Shown here: piece after piece, positions 55,497 to 64,000 of the stretch
Position numbering within the stretch: the first letter of the stretch is position 1
Layout: the number at the start of each line of letters is the position of its first letter
NCBI GenBank assembly: GCA_964545975.1
Contig: CAZJHY010000001.1
Span: 24,094 to 88,093 of the forward strand
Direction of reading: 5' to 3'
DNA length: 64,000 bases
DNA from: an uncultured Clostridia bacterium
GTDB taxonomy: Bacteria > Bacillota > DTU025 > MWDF01
Translations under genes and position numbers: made by a program
The notes under the pieces: model-generated
The model's input: only the letters and a program-made list of their open reading frames with translations
Database searches by the model: none
Told to the model about the DNA's origin: nothing

Positions 55497-57107
55497 ATGG
55501 CAATGAGGATGATCAAATTCCTCGCGGCGGCTATCCTTCTATCAATGCTAACCGGCGCAGCCGCCGGAGCGCCTGTTCCTGTGACGCCCCTGATAAACCT
55601 TCCGCCTTCTGTCCTTACTACGAAGATAACCAGCCTTGCCCTCTCAAACCTCATAACCATGGGCGATGTCGAGGGGACCACCTTCGGGGCATCAAGAAAC
55701 CAGATGGTGGCTCTTGACGCTGAGGGCAAGGTGACAAGGACCATAGCGATACCGATAGAGCAGCCCGCAGGCATATCGGCATATACGGCGGGCAAGGCGA
55801 TAGTGGGCGACGCTGGGACCGGCTCGGTTTTCTCGGTGGACGTCAGGTCAGGCCAGGCGATTAAGCTGCTGGACTTAAGGTCCACCCAAGCCGGAAGCCT
55901 GATTGCAGGCGATATCCTGAAAAGCGGCAGGCTTTCGAGCGTGGCATTCGACGGCAAATATGTATACGTGGCGATATCGGCAGGATACTCAAGCTCCATT
56001 TTCGCGGTCGACCCTGCGACCAACAGGGCGCTCATGCAGGCATGGTCGCCTGGAGACGAACCGACCGCCATGCAGTTCACGGCAGGAAACCTCTATGTGC
56101 TGGACGGGGCGAACGGACAGCTGAGGCTCTATGATTCCGCGTTCAAGCTAAGCATGCAGTCCATCGACCTTGCAGTACCCGATGCGAAAGGCATAGTCAT
56201 AAGGGGCAACGAAGTAAGGGTGCTCTCGCCTACGGAAAGGAGCATCACCCTTCTTAAGCCGGACCTGAACCTTCTCAAGATACAGCTGATAGAACCGGTC
56301 TGGCGGCCGATAGATGTGGTGATCGGCCCCATACTCACACTTGCGAGGCACTATGCCCTCCTTATCTGCGGCGATGTCGCCGAGAGCGGGTACGATGAGT
56401 TCTGGAACGACACCGTATGGATGTACAAGACGCTTCTTGACGCAGGGTACAAGGAGGACAATATTTATGTCCTCTATGGCTGGGGAAACGATTACATCTC
56501 AGCCAATCCAAACTACAAGCACGCCAGCAAGGTCACCGACTTCCCGGCTACAGTCGCATGGGTGAACAAAGTCCTGAACGGCTTGAAGAACGGAGACTCC
56601 TCCATAGGGGTCAACAAGCTGACGGCGAATGACAGCCTGTTCATTTGGGTGTTCGACCATGGAGGAGGGGGAAACCCCGCATACTTCTGCCTTAGAGACG
56701 GAGTGTATTACGATTCGGATTTCGCCAACAGCCTGAACCCCCTTCCTTACAGCAAGAGGGCGATTTTCATGCAGCAGTGCAGAAGCGGAGGCTTCCTGGA
56801 CAACATGCAGAATGACAGGAGCTTCGTGTCTACAGCCTGCCTTTGGAGCGAGAATGCGCACAGGTCAGATTCGGAGAATGAAACCTACGGAGGGAAAATA
56901 TACCATCACGGCGAGTACAATTACTATGTAATAAGCGCTTTGGCAGGCAAGACCGCGACTGGCGCCTCCGTGAACGCGGACAGCAACGGAGACGGCAAGA
57001 TAAGCGCCAGGGAGATGCACCAGTTCATGAGCGCCAGGGAGAATCAGCCCGAGACCCCGCAGATATGGGACAGCTTCGGAATAGGTAGCAGCTTCGCGGT
57101 GAAGTAA
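55497..57107 (+). CDS. Secreted protein: N-terminal beta-propeller-like repeats fused to a C13 (legumain/caspase-like) cysteine-peptidase domain
   Basis: Signal peptide 'MAMRMIKFLAAAILLSMLTGAAAGAP'. Catalytic His region 'IWVFDHGGGGNP', catalytic Cys region 'IFMQQCRSGGF'. ATG 55497 with AAAGGAG RBS. Confidence 0.6.
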   Translation: MAMRMIKFLAAAILLSMLTGAAAGAPVPVTPLINLPPSVLTTKITSLALSNLITMGDVEGTTFGASRNQMVALDAEGKVTRTIAIPIEQPAGISAYTAGKAIVGDAGTGSVFSVDVRSGQAIKLLDLRSTQAGSLIAGDILKSGRLSSVAFDGKYVYVAISAGYSSSIFAVDPATNRALMQAWSPGDEPTAMQFTAGNLYVLDGANGQLRLYDSAFKLSMQSIDLAVPDAKGIVIRGNEVRVLSPTERSITLLKPDLNLLKIQLIEPVWRPIDVVIGPILTLARHYALLICGDVAESGYDEFWNDTVWMYKTLLDAGYKEDNIYVLYGWGNDYISANPNYKHASKVTDFPATVAWVNKVLNGLKNGDSSIGVNKLTANDSLFIWVFDHGGGGNPAYFCLRDGVYYDSDFANSLNPLPYSKRAIFMQQCRSGGFLDNMQNDRSFVSTACLWSENAHRSDSENETYGGKIYHHGEYNYYVISALAGKTATGASVNADSNGDGKISAREMHQFMSARENQPETPQIWDSFGIGSSFAVK

Positions 57108-57150
57108 TGCAACAGAAAACCGAGCCACAGGAACCCGGCTGAGCATCAGG

Positions 57151-57190
57151 AAGCGGCAGGTCAGGACCTGCCGCTTTCCTTCTTGTTCTT
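57151..57190. terminator. Bidirectional intrinsic terminator between convergent genes
   Basis: AAGCGGCAGGT-cagg-ACCTGCCGCTT followed by TCCTTCTTGTTCTT. The stem overlaps the GGDEF gene's stop codon. Confidence 0.6.
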
Positions 57191-58297
57191 GTACATAAGC
57201 TCGTCAATCCTTCTTAGGAACTGCTCCGCCGTCATCTTCGACTCCGGCATGTATATCGACCAGCCGTAGCTAAGGACCAGAGGGAAAGGAAACCTTTCAA
57301 GCCTGTTGAAGTCGTTGAAGCTCTCCCTTATCCTTTCAACGGTCCTTGTCAGGGCCTCATCCGAGCTCATCTTGGGAGCTATGACCAGGAATTCATCGCC
57401 GCCGTACCTGGCGATGAAGTCGTCTGACCTGAGGCTTCTTTTCAGTATGTCCGCGGTGACTCTAAGCGCCTCATCGCCGGTGCTGTGGCCGTACTTGTCA
57501 TTTATCTCCTTGAAACCGTCTATATCCATGAATATTCCGCTGAAGCCTCCATCCTTGGAGGCGGATCTGATCTGGGAGTTGAGGAAGGAATCTATGTCCC
57601 GCCTGTTAGACACCCCCGTCAGATAATCGGAACCCAGCTCAGTCTCCTGAAGGTTCATATAGGTGAATAGGAGCATAAGCGTCACTCCTGCCCACATCGA
57701 CGGCATGCCGTAAAGGAAAGCCTGCAGTATGCCGCCTGCAGTTGGAGGAACATTGAAAAGCAGGAGGGTATAAAAAGCCCTTTTAGAAAATCTCCGCCTG
57801 TTCAGATAGGTTATGCAAAGTGAGTAGAAGATATAAAGGGTATACATGGCGGCAATCAGCGCGAAACCAGGCCCTCTTTCATATACATTTGCGCTGTCTA
57901 CGCTGAACATGAAACCCGTGTAAGCCGTAGCGAGAGTCGGGATCACCTGCACAAGCCCCGGGATGATGAGGATTGCATTGAGAGTTCTGTTCCATACCGT
58001 GTCCCCGAATATCTTGGAATGCAGGTAGACTATCCATAGATAGAAGGCCAGAGCCCCCGATGTATAATAAGCGATGTTGAAAGCGTAGTTCAGAAGGATG
58101 CAATAAGGATGTGGCCTCTTGTCTACCGCCCAGGCAAGGGCTTCGAAGGCGATGACAAGGATGGTGGCATAGATAAGCCGTATAAATGGCCTCTGCTTAT
58201 GCGACCTCAGCTCGTTCTGATTCCTTATGCCGGTGAGTATAGCCCCCAGAATCATCATTGAGAAGAGGCTCATGCTCACCTGAAGAATCGTATACAT
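57161..58297 (-). CDS. Membrane-anchored GGDEF-domain diguanylate cyclase
   Basis: N-terminal multi-TM sensor region. 'RYGGDEFLVI', 'FMDIDGFKEINDKYGH'. Confidence 0.8.
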   Translation of the reverse strand: MYTILQVSMSLFSMMILGAILTGIRNQNELRSHKQRPFIRLIYATILVIAFEALAWAVDKRPHPYCILLNYAFNIAYYTSGALAFYLWIVYLHSKIFGDTVWNRTLNAILIIPGLVQVIPTLATAYTGFMFSVDSANVYERGPGFALIAAMYTLYIFYSLCITYLNRRRFSKRAFYTLLLFNVPPTAGGILQAFLYGMPSMWAGVTLMLLFTYMNLQETELGSDYLTGVSNRRDIDSFLNSQIRSASKDGGFSGIFMDIDGFKEINDKYGHSTGDEALRVTADILKRSLRSDDFIARYGGDEFLVIAPKMSSDEALTRTVERIRESFNDFNRLERFPFPLVLSYGWSIYMPESKMTAEQFLRRIDELMYKNKKESGRS

Positions 58298-58421
58298 GGG
58301 ATCCTCCGGTGATACGATTGTTTGACTTTACAAATACTTTACTACATCCTGCGTTTGAATACCTGCACATACTGATGCTGCCCATGGATTATAATACGAG
58401 TATCGTCAGTGAGGTGATCTG

Positions 58422-60044
58422 ATGGAAAACCCGGCGAGGGATGCTTCGAAGGCGAAGCTATTCAAAGGAGCTGCCATACTTGCGGCTGCCAGCCTGTTTG
58501 CAAGGGTCCTGGGGGCAGTGTACCGCATACCTCTGGCCAACATGCTTGGAGACGAGGGCATGGGTCTGTTCGAGATGGCAAACCCCATATACTTCTTCCT
58601 GCTTTCGATATCCGTATCGGGCATACCACTTGCCATATCGAAGCTCATAGCTGAGAAGAAGGCAAAAGAGGACGGCCTGGGGGCAAGCAGGGTAGTGAAG
58701 GTCGCAGTGGCAATGATGGCAGCGGCAGGGCTTGCCGCGAGCCTCTCGCTTTTCATCCTTGCTCCCTATATTGCAGAGAGGGTCTTCCACGATCCAAGGT
58801 CGGTTCTTCCCCTGCGGGCGATTTCACCTGCGCTTGCGTTCATGACGGTCATGTCTGCGATGAGGGGCTACTTCCAGGGGATGCAAAGAATGGGTCCATC
58901 GGCTGTCTCCCAGATGATCGAGCAGGTGGCTAGGGTGGCCTTCATGCTGCTTATGGCGATGCTGCTTCTCCCGAAGGGCATCGAATACGGCGCGGCTGGC
59001 GCTGCAAGCGGTGCTGCAGTTGGCGCCTTCATGGGGATGGGCTTCCTGCTTATGGCCTACTACCTTCTCAGGAAAAGGACTGACTACCACATACCACGCG
59101 GGAATGCCGCTCAAGAATCCGGCAAGGGCATAGCCTACAGGATACTGAGGCTTGCCGTGCCGGTGTCGATAACAGGATCCCTGGCATCGATAAAAAGCGT
59201 CATAGATGCGGCTATCGTGCCTGGAAGGCTCGCTCGCGCCGGGTTTGCCCAAAGCGAGGCCACCGCGCTCTACGGCCAGTTCAACGGCATGGCCTATCCT
59301 ATAGTGTACTTCCCCACTTCAATAACAGCCGGCATAGCATCTGCCGCCGTGCCTTCAATTGCGGAATGCCACGCCAGGGGGGATGCAGCAGGAATCCGCG
59401 AAAGGTCGATATATGTCCTGAAGCTGACCAGCATAATCGCCATACCGGCAACAGCGGGGCTGCTGGTCCTGGCCTCCCCTATTACCTCCCTGCTGTACGG
59501 AAGGCCGGATGTAGGCCCGATTCTCGCAACGCTTTCGGCGGCGAGCGCCCTTCTGTGCCTGCAGCAGACCAGCGCGTCCATATTAAGCGGAATGGGGTTC
59601 GTTGCAGACCCTCTAATAAGCGCGCTCATAGGGGTGCTGGCGAAAATCGCCCTTGAGTTCTGGCTGACGTCCATGCCCGGGCTCAATGTGAAGGGGGCTG
59701 CCATCAGCACGGTGGTCGGATCGCTTATTACAGTTGTGATTAACCTCATGAGGGTTGAGAAGAGGCTTGGCATAAAGGTGGGCTATGCCAAAGCATTCTC
59801 GGGTCCGATGGTAGCCTCACTGATCATGGGTGCCGCAGTATTCGCGTTCAGGGCGCTTGCTTTGCGGCTCTTGCCCGAAGGCAGGCTCATAACAGTTGCA
59901 GCGGTGGGAGTAGGAGGCGCGGTCTATGCCGCAGCAGTGCTTCTCATGGGCATAATGACTGCAGAGGAGCTGGAGGCTATACCGCTTATGGGAAGGCATG
60001 CGGCAAGGCTTTCGTCCAAATTGGGGGCAAGGAGGGGCAGATGA
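58422..60044 (+). CDS. MOP-superfamily flippase (MurJ/SpoVB-like polysaccharide biosynthesis protein)
   Basis: 14-TM profile. N-terminal 'GAAILAAASLFARVLGAVYRIPLANMLGDEGMGLF'. Confidence 0.7.
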   Translation: MENPARDASKAKLFKGAAILAAASLFARVLGAVYRIPLANMLGDEGMGLFEMANPIYFFLLSISVSGIPLAISKLIAEKKAKEDGLGASRVVKVAVAMMAAAGLAASLSLFILAPYIAERVFHDPRSVLPLRAISPALAFMTVMSAMRGYFQGMQRMGPSAVSQMIEQVARVAFMLLMAMLLLPKGIEYGAAGAASGAAVGAFMGMGFLLMAYYLLRKRTDYHIPRGNAAQESGKGIAYRILRLAVPVSITGSLASIKSVIDAAIVPGRLARAGFAQSEATALYGQFNGMAYPIVYFPTSITAGIASAAVPSIAECHARGDAAGIRERSIYVLKLTSIIAIPATAGLLVLASPITSLLYGRPDVGPILATLSAASALLCLQQTSASILSGMGFVADPLISALIGVLAKIALEFWLTSMPGLNVKGAAISTVVGSLITVVINLMRVEKRLGIKVGYAKAFSGPMVASLIMGAAVFAFRALALRLLPEGRLITVAAVGVGGAVYAAAVLLMGIMTAEELEAIPLMGRHAARLSSKLGARRGR

Positions 60045-60367
60045 TGCTAAACGAGCTGGCAGCAAGGCTCAATGACACCGCCGTAAGGCACGGATGGTGG
60101 GATGAGGACAAGCCTTTTCCGGAGGTGATAGCCCTTTGCCATAGCGAGCTGTCTGAAGCCCTGGAGGAGTACCGGGCGCACAGAAGGCTGGATGAGGTCT
60201 ATTTGAACGGCGGCAAACCGGAGGGGATACCGGTAGAGCTGGCTGACTGCATGATAAGGATACTTGATTTCTGCGGAAGGCATGGCATCGACATAGATGC
60301 AGCCCTGGAGGCTAAGGCTGCCTATAACGAATCAAGGCCATTCAGGCACGGCGGAAAGAGGATCTGA
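60041..60367 (+). CDS. MazG-like nucleotide pyrophosphohydrolase-fold small protein
   Basis: 'EVIALCHSELSEALEEYR', 'ELADCMIRILDF'. Confidence 0.45.
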   Translation: MMLNELAARLNDTAVRHGWWDEDKPFPEVIALCHSELSEALEEYRAHRRLDEVYLNGGKPEGIPVELADCMIRILDFCGRHGIDIDAALEAKAAYNESRPFRHGGKRI

Positions 60368-60434
60368 TAGGCAAGGCATAATGGCGAAGGACTCATTAAG
60401 GCGCTGCGGCGTAGGATGGGTTGCCTGCGGCGCC

Positions 60435-61646
60435 TTAAAGCTGCTTGAAACCCCTGACCTTAAGAAGAAACAGCGAGGCTGACATTATTAGAAGCCCTGT
60501 CACGGCGGGGAAGTAGAACACGAGGTCCATATTCGCACGCGCCACAAGGCTGAAAAGTGCAAGGCTTATTGGAGACAGAAGCGATGTAATGAAATGTGTG
60601 AAAGCGGTCATCTTTCCCCTCATGTTGTCAGGGGTATGCGAAAGCAGGAGCACACCGGCGTTTATCGTTATGATGACCATCATGAAGCCAGAGACCACGC
60701 TAATAGCGTAGAACCACCAAAGTGTGGGGATCATTATCCAGGAGATAAGCGCTAATCCTATGCCTATGCCCGCAAGGACTATCATGGGCGAGCGCCTTCT
60801 GGGGTTCTTCATCGTACCCATCATCACAGACCCGGTAATGCTCCCGATGCTAAGAAACGTCATCACGAGCCCAAGCTCGGTAGCCGTCTTTCCCAGCCTG
60901 TCCTTAATGATGTACGGGACGGTCACGCTTGAAAGCGGCGCGAGGGCGAAGTTCATCAGGCCGAACACGAGCAGAATCCCGATTATGGTGGGAGTGCCGA
61001 AAGTGAAGTCCACGGCTTTCTTGAGGGCCTTCCAGCCATCTGCCTCGTTGTCTAAGGGCATGTATCCGCACCTTATGAACACCTCGGAGATTCCTGACAG
61101 CATCAGGGCGATAGCGTTCACCAGGAAAGCCGTCGCATAACCGAAGCTTGATACAAGCAGGCCACCGATGACAGGACCGAAGATGCCGACCATGCCGCCG
61201 AAGGCCTGCGTAACGCTTTGGGCTCTTTGCAGGTTCTCCACCCCGACGAGCTGGGGTATCAAGGCCGAGCATGCGGGGCTGAAGAAAGAGGAGATTATCC
61301 CGATCAGCACGCTTGACAGGACGACGTGCCAAATCCGAAGCCTGCCGTAAAAGGCGAGAAGGGCTATGGCTCCTATCACCGCCGCCCGGCAGAAGTCCAT
61401 GCTGTATACTATCCTCCTCCTGTCCAGCCTGTCGGCAAGCACTCCAAGGTAAGGGCCGAGCACGAGGGCGGGTATCATCGCCGCCATTGTCAGCAGCCCT
61501 GTGGTTCCGGGGGAGCCCGTTACGTTATAAAGCCACCAGATGAGGGCAACCTGGTGTATGCTGTCTCCGCAAAGCGAAGTGAAGTAACCTATGGCTAGCA
61601 GAGCGAAGTTCCTGTTGATAAGCGGATTGAAGCGCAAAGCATCCAC
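60435..61646 (-). CDS. MFS transporter
   Basis: 12-TM profile. Close paralogue of the next gene, with matching N-terminal sequence. Confidence 0.75.
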   Translation of the reverse strand: MDALRFNPLINRNFALLAIGYFTSLCGDSIHQVALIWWLYNVTGSPGTTGLLTMAAMIPALVLGPYLGVLADRLDRRRIVYSMDFCRAAVIGAIALLAFYGRLRIWHVVLSSVLIGIISSFFSPACSALIPQLVGVENLQRAQSVTQAFGGMVGIFGPVIGGLLVSSFGYATAFLVNAIALMLSGISEVFIRCGYMPLDNEADGWKALKKAVDFTFGTPTIIGILLVFGLMNFALAPLSSVTVPYIIKDRLGKTATELGLVMTFLSIGSITGSVMMGTMKNPRRRSPMIVLAGIGIGLALISWIMIPTLWWFYAISVVSGFMMVIITINAGVLLLSHTPDNMRGKMTAFTHFITSLLSPISLALFSLVARANMDLVFYFPAVTGLLIMSASLFLLKVRGFKQL

Positions 61647-61726
61647 TCCTTAATAAAGACTGACAGGCCGGCGCCTCCATAAGCTTGCCAGTTATGGCCT
61701 CGATTATTCCTTACTGCATAATTCTA

Positions 61727-62929
61727 TCAAAGCTCCCTGTATCCCTTTATGGCGAGCATGCCCAATGTTATCGATAATATGAGAATCCCGCTTACGACCG
61801 GGTAGTAGAAGATCAGCCCTTCATTGGACTTGGCCGCAAGGCTGAAGAGCGACAGGCCTATTGGTGCCATGAACTGGGTTAACGAGTTCATGAAGGCGCT
61901 AAGTTTTCCCATCATCCGGTCCGGTGTGACCTGCACGAAGATTACTCCGGCGTTGATGTTTATGAGAGATGCGGCGAAACCCACAGCCGCGTTGATTACA
62001 TACAGCCACATGAGCTGCGGAAGAATCACCCATGAGGCTAAGAATCCGCCCATTACGACAGCGCCGGCTGTAATCAGGTTTGAGCGCCTCTTCGGGTTCT
62101 TGAGCACCCCCATAAGAAGCGAGCCTGCGATACCACCGACGCTTATCGCCGTCATTGAGAAGCCCAGCTCCGCTGATCCTGCTGCAAGTCTTGCCTTGAT
62201 GAGATATGGGAGAGTGAGCGAGCCGAGGTGCGAGACAGAGAAGTTCATCATTGCGAAAACGAGGAGGATTCCCATTATAGTGGGCATTCCAAGTGCGAAG
62301 CGCATCGCCTCGGCCATCTCTGCGAAATGGCCCCGCTTGGAAGCATGCACAGCCTGCTTATACTTTATGAACATCTCCGATACGGCAGACAGGACGAAGG
62401 AGATTGCGTTCATAAGGAACACCGCCGAATAGCCTATGGCCGCAACAAGCGCGCCGCCCAGAGCCGGGCCGATTATCCCGACCATACCCATCATCATCTG
62501 AAGCATGCCCTGCGCCTTCTGCAGCTTGTCCATGCCTACCAGGCCCGGGATCATAGCACTCACGGCGGGATTGAACAATGAGGAGCATGCGCTCACAAGC
62601 ACGCTTGATGCCACGAGGTGCCAAGTCCTCAGGCTCCCTGTGAAGGACAGGACCGCTACTGCCGCGATGACAGCCCCTCTTGCATAGTCCATCATGTACA
62701 CTATCTTGCGCCTGTCCCACCTGTCGGCAAGCACCCCCATGTAAGGGGAGAGAAGTATCGATGGTATCATGGATGCAAGGGACAGGAGTCCGGTGGTGGA
62801 GGGCGAACCGGTCACATTGTAGATCCACCAGATAAGGGCCACCCTATGGATGCCGTCGCCGATTGCGGAGACGAACTGCCCTATGGAAAGCAGGGCGAAA
62901 TCCCTATTGATTAGAGGGTTGACCGCCAT
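61727..62929 (-). CDS. MFS transporter (tandem paralogue)
   Basis: 'NPLINRDFALLSIGQFVSAIGDGIHRVALIWWIYNVTGSP' aligns with 'NPLINRNFALLAIGYFTSLCGDSIHQVALIWWLYNVTGSP' in the neighbour. Confidence 0.75.
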   Translation of the reverse strand: MAVNPLINRDFALLSIGQFVSAIGDGIHRVALIWWIYNVTGSPSTTGLLSLASMIPSILLSPYMGVLADRWDRRKIVYMMDYARGAVIAAVAVLSFTGSLRTWHLVASSVLVSACSSLFNPAVSAMIPGLVGMDKLQKAQGMLQMMMGMVGIIGPALGGALVAAIGYSAVFLMNAISFVLSAVSEMFIKYKQAVHASKRGHFAEMAEAMRFALGMPTIMGILLVFAMMNFSVSHLGSLTLPYLIKARLAAGSAELGFSMTAISVGGIAGSLLMGVLKNPKRRSNLITAGAVVMGGFLASWVILPQLMWLYVINAAVGFAASLININAGVIFVQVTPDRMMGKLSAFMNSLTQFMAPIGLSLFSLAAKSNEGLIFYYPVVSGILILSITLGMLAIKGYREL

Positions 62930-62953
62930 GGTTATCCTCCTTTGCAGGTATCT

Positions 62954-63754
62954 CTACAGTTTTATTAAGCTTCGTTTCCTTTCGCTGAACGTAGCCGCAC
63001 AGGTGAAACCGGCCGACTTCGCATATTCGGCCAGATCTCCGAAACCATAGGCTACATGCTCCGGGTAGTGCGCATCTGAGGCGAGGCTTATATGGCATCC
63101 GGCTTTGAAGGCGGCTTTCAGGAGCATCCTGCCGGGATAGTATTCGCCCACCGGCTTTCTCAACCCTGCCGAGGAGACCTCAAGGCAGGTATCCGATCCC
63201 GCAGCAGCTTCAGCAAGCGCCCTGTGCCATCCAGCAAGCTCCTCATCGAAGCCTGGTCCGGGCCTAATGCCGAAGACCTTGATAACGTCCGGGTGGGCGA
63301 AGATGTCGAACATCCCGGAAGAGACCGCCTTCACCGCCGTCTTGAAATATGACCTCCAGACATCCTCGACGGACATGCCCTCCCATGCCTCCGATTTCCA
63401 ATCGAAGACCCAGCCTTCCAGCCAGTGCACAGAACCAATGCAGTAGTCGAACGGGTTAGACTCAAGATATGCCCTCAGCTCGTTTTCGGTCTCGGGTATG
63501 TAGTCGGCTTCGATTCCAACCTTTGCGCCGGATGCCTTCACGGCATCTATGTAGGAGGAGGTGGACCAGCCGAGAAGAGGGATTCCTTCCGGCAGAGGCC
63601 TACCTAAAAGCGCGGGCCCCATGTCAAGGTTGTGAAGATGCTCTGATATGCCGTAGTCGCTCAAACCGGCCTTCCTTGCCGCCTCCGCATAAAGCCTAAG
63701 GTATCCGGGTTCTGGAGAACCGTTCTCAATGTGCATGTGATAGTCCGCTGCCAA
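62954..63754 (-). CDS. PHP-domain phosphoesterase (histidinol-phosphatase HisJ/HisK family-like)
   Basis: 'DYHMHIENG', 'SVHWLEGW', 'DAHYPEHV'. Confidence 0.6.
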   Translation of the reverse strand: MAADYHMHIENGSPEPGYLRLYAEAARKAGLSDYGISEHLHNLDMGPALLGRPLPEGIPLLGWSTSSYIDAVKASGAKVGIEADYIPETENELRAYLESNPFDYCIGSVHWLEGWVFDWKSEAWEGMSVEDVWRSYFKTAVKAVSSGMFDIFAHPDVIKVFGIRPGPGFDEELAGWHRALAEAAAGSDTCLEVSSAGLRKPVGEYYPGRMLLKAAFKAGCHISLASDAHYPEHVAYGFGDLAEYAKSAGFTCAATFSERKRSLIKL

Positions 63755-64000
63755 AACAATGCCCCCTATCGGAGTAGAATCGCCGTCATGCTTCGTTTCA
63801 TATTATGATTAAGATATCATAGCTTGGAGGAGCGCGCCTCCCCGGCACCTTGTTATTTCCCACGGGAGGCGCTTCGCTGGTGATTATTGATTGGCCGAGC
63901 CTCTTAAGGGATTATCCTGTCACCTGCATCTGGCCTTGGGAAACCAAAGGGTCGGGAGAAGGCGGTATGGCAGGAAGGAAGGCGCCGGTAAGCGCAATGG

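Noticed and set aside
55439-56080. 213-aa minus ORF inside the peptidase gene
   Set aside because: Antisense, low complexity.
60393-60437. TTAAGGCGC...GCGCCTTAA inverted repeat between MazG-like and MFS genes
   Set aside because: 9-bp arms with a ~28-nt loop and no U-tract. Weak as a terminator, not reported as a feature.
1-64000. CRISPR arrays, tRNA/rRNA genes, transposases or integrases
   Set aside because: None recognised. No regular short direct-repeat arrays, no cloverleaf-like segments in the few intergenic regions, and no transposase- or integrase-like ORFs.

Overview
GC-rich bacterial chromosomal segment with AGGAGG-type ribosome-binding sites, a lipobox lipoprotein and a MurJ/SpoVB-like flippase. 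It is almost entirely coding, about 62 genes, mostly on the + strand, and reads as an accessory carbon-catabolism region made of several transporter-linked operons. (1) 329-9868: LacI regulator, class I/II aminotransferase, M24 peptidase-like protein, Liv-type ABC transporter, DapA-family lyase. (2) 9992-10971 (minus strand): glutathione peroxidase plus OhrR/MarR-type regulator, with palindromes in its promoter region. (3) 11066-25673: a 13-gene + strand operon, with a divergently transcribed class-II aldolase gene upstream. The operon encodes a sugar ABC transporter, MBL-fold lactonase-like hydrolase, UPF0261 protein, a RuBisCO-like protein (RLP, form IV), two class-II aldolase-family proteins, RpiB-like and TIM-like isomerases, an FGGY kinase and a phosphohexomutase. 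I consider this RLP-centred locus the most likely novel catabolic system in the window. (4) 25686-30941: Crp/Fnr regulator, DapA-family lyase, TAXI-TRAP transporter, DUF296-like protein. (5) 31250-39245: small Cys-rich protein, DMT transporter, CrtI-family flavoprotein with a Cys-rich C-terminal extension, a fourth class-II aldolase paralogue, MFS transporter, C_GCAxxG_C_C protein, and an AT-rich lipoprotein islet. (6) 39591-53331: GntR regulator, D-2-hydroxyacid dehydrogenase, LarA-like (nickel-pincer-type) racemase/epimerase, DRE-TIM (HMGL/IPMS-like) lyase, second Liv-type ABC transporter, acetate-kinase-family kinase, split UxaA-type sugar-acid dehydratase, Fe-S protein, DMT transporter, 4-OT tautomerase. 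(7) 53609-63754: GNAT, PadR, an orphan ThiS/MoaD-like GG-terminated protein, a secreted beta-propeller/C13-peptidase fusion, GGDEF cyclase, flippase, MazG-like protein, tandem MFS paralogues, PHP phosphatase. No rRNA, tRNA, CRISPR array or transposase/integrase was recognised. All calls come from reading the ORF translations for family motifs; I ran no database search.
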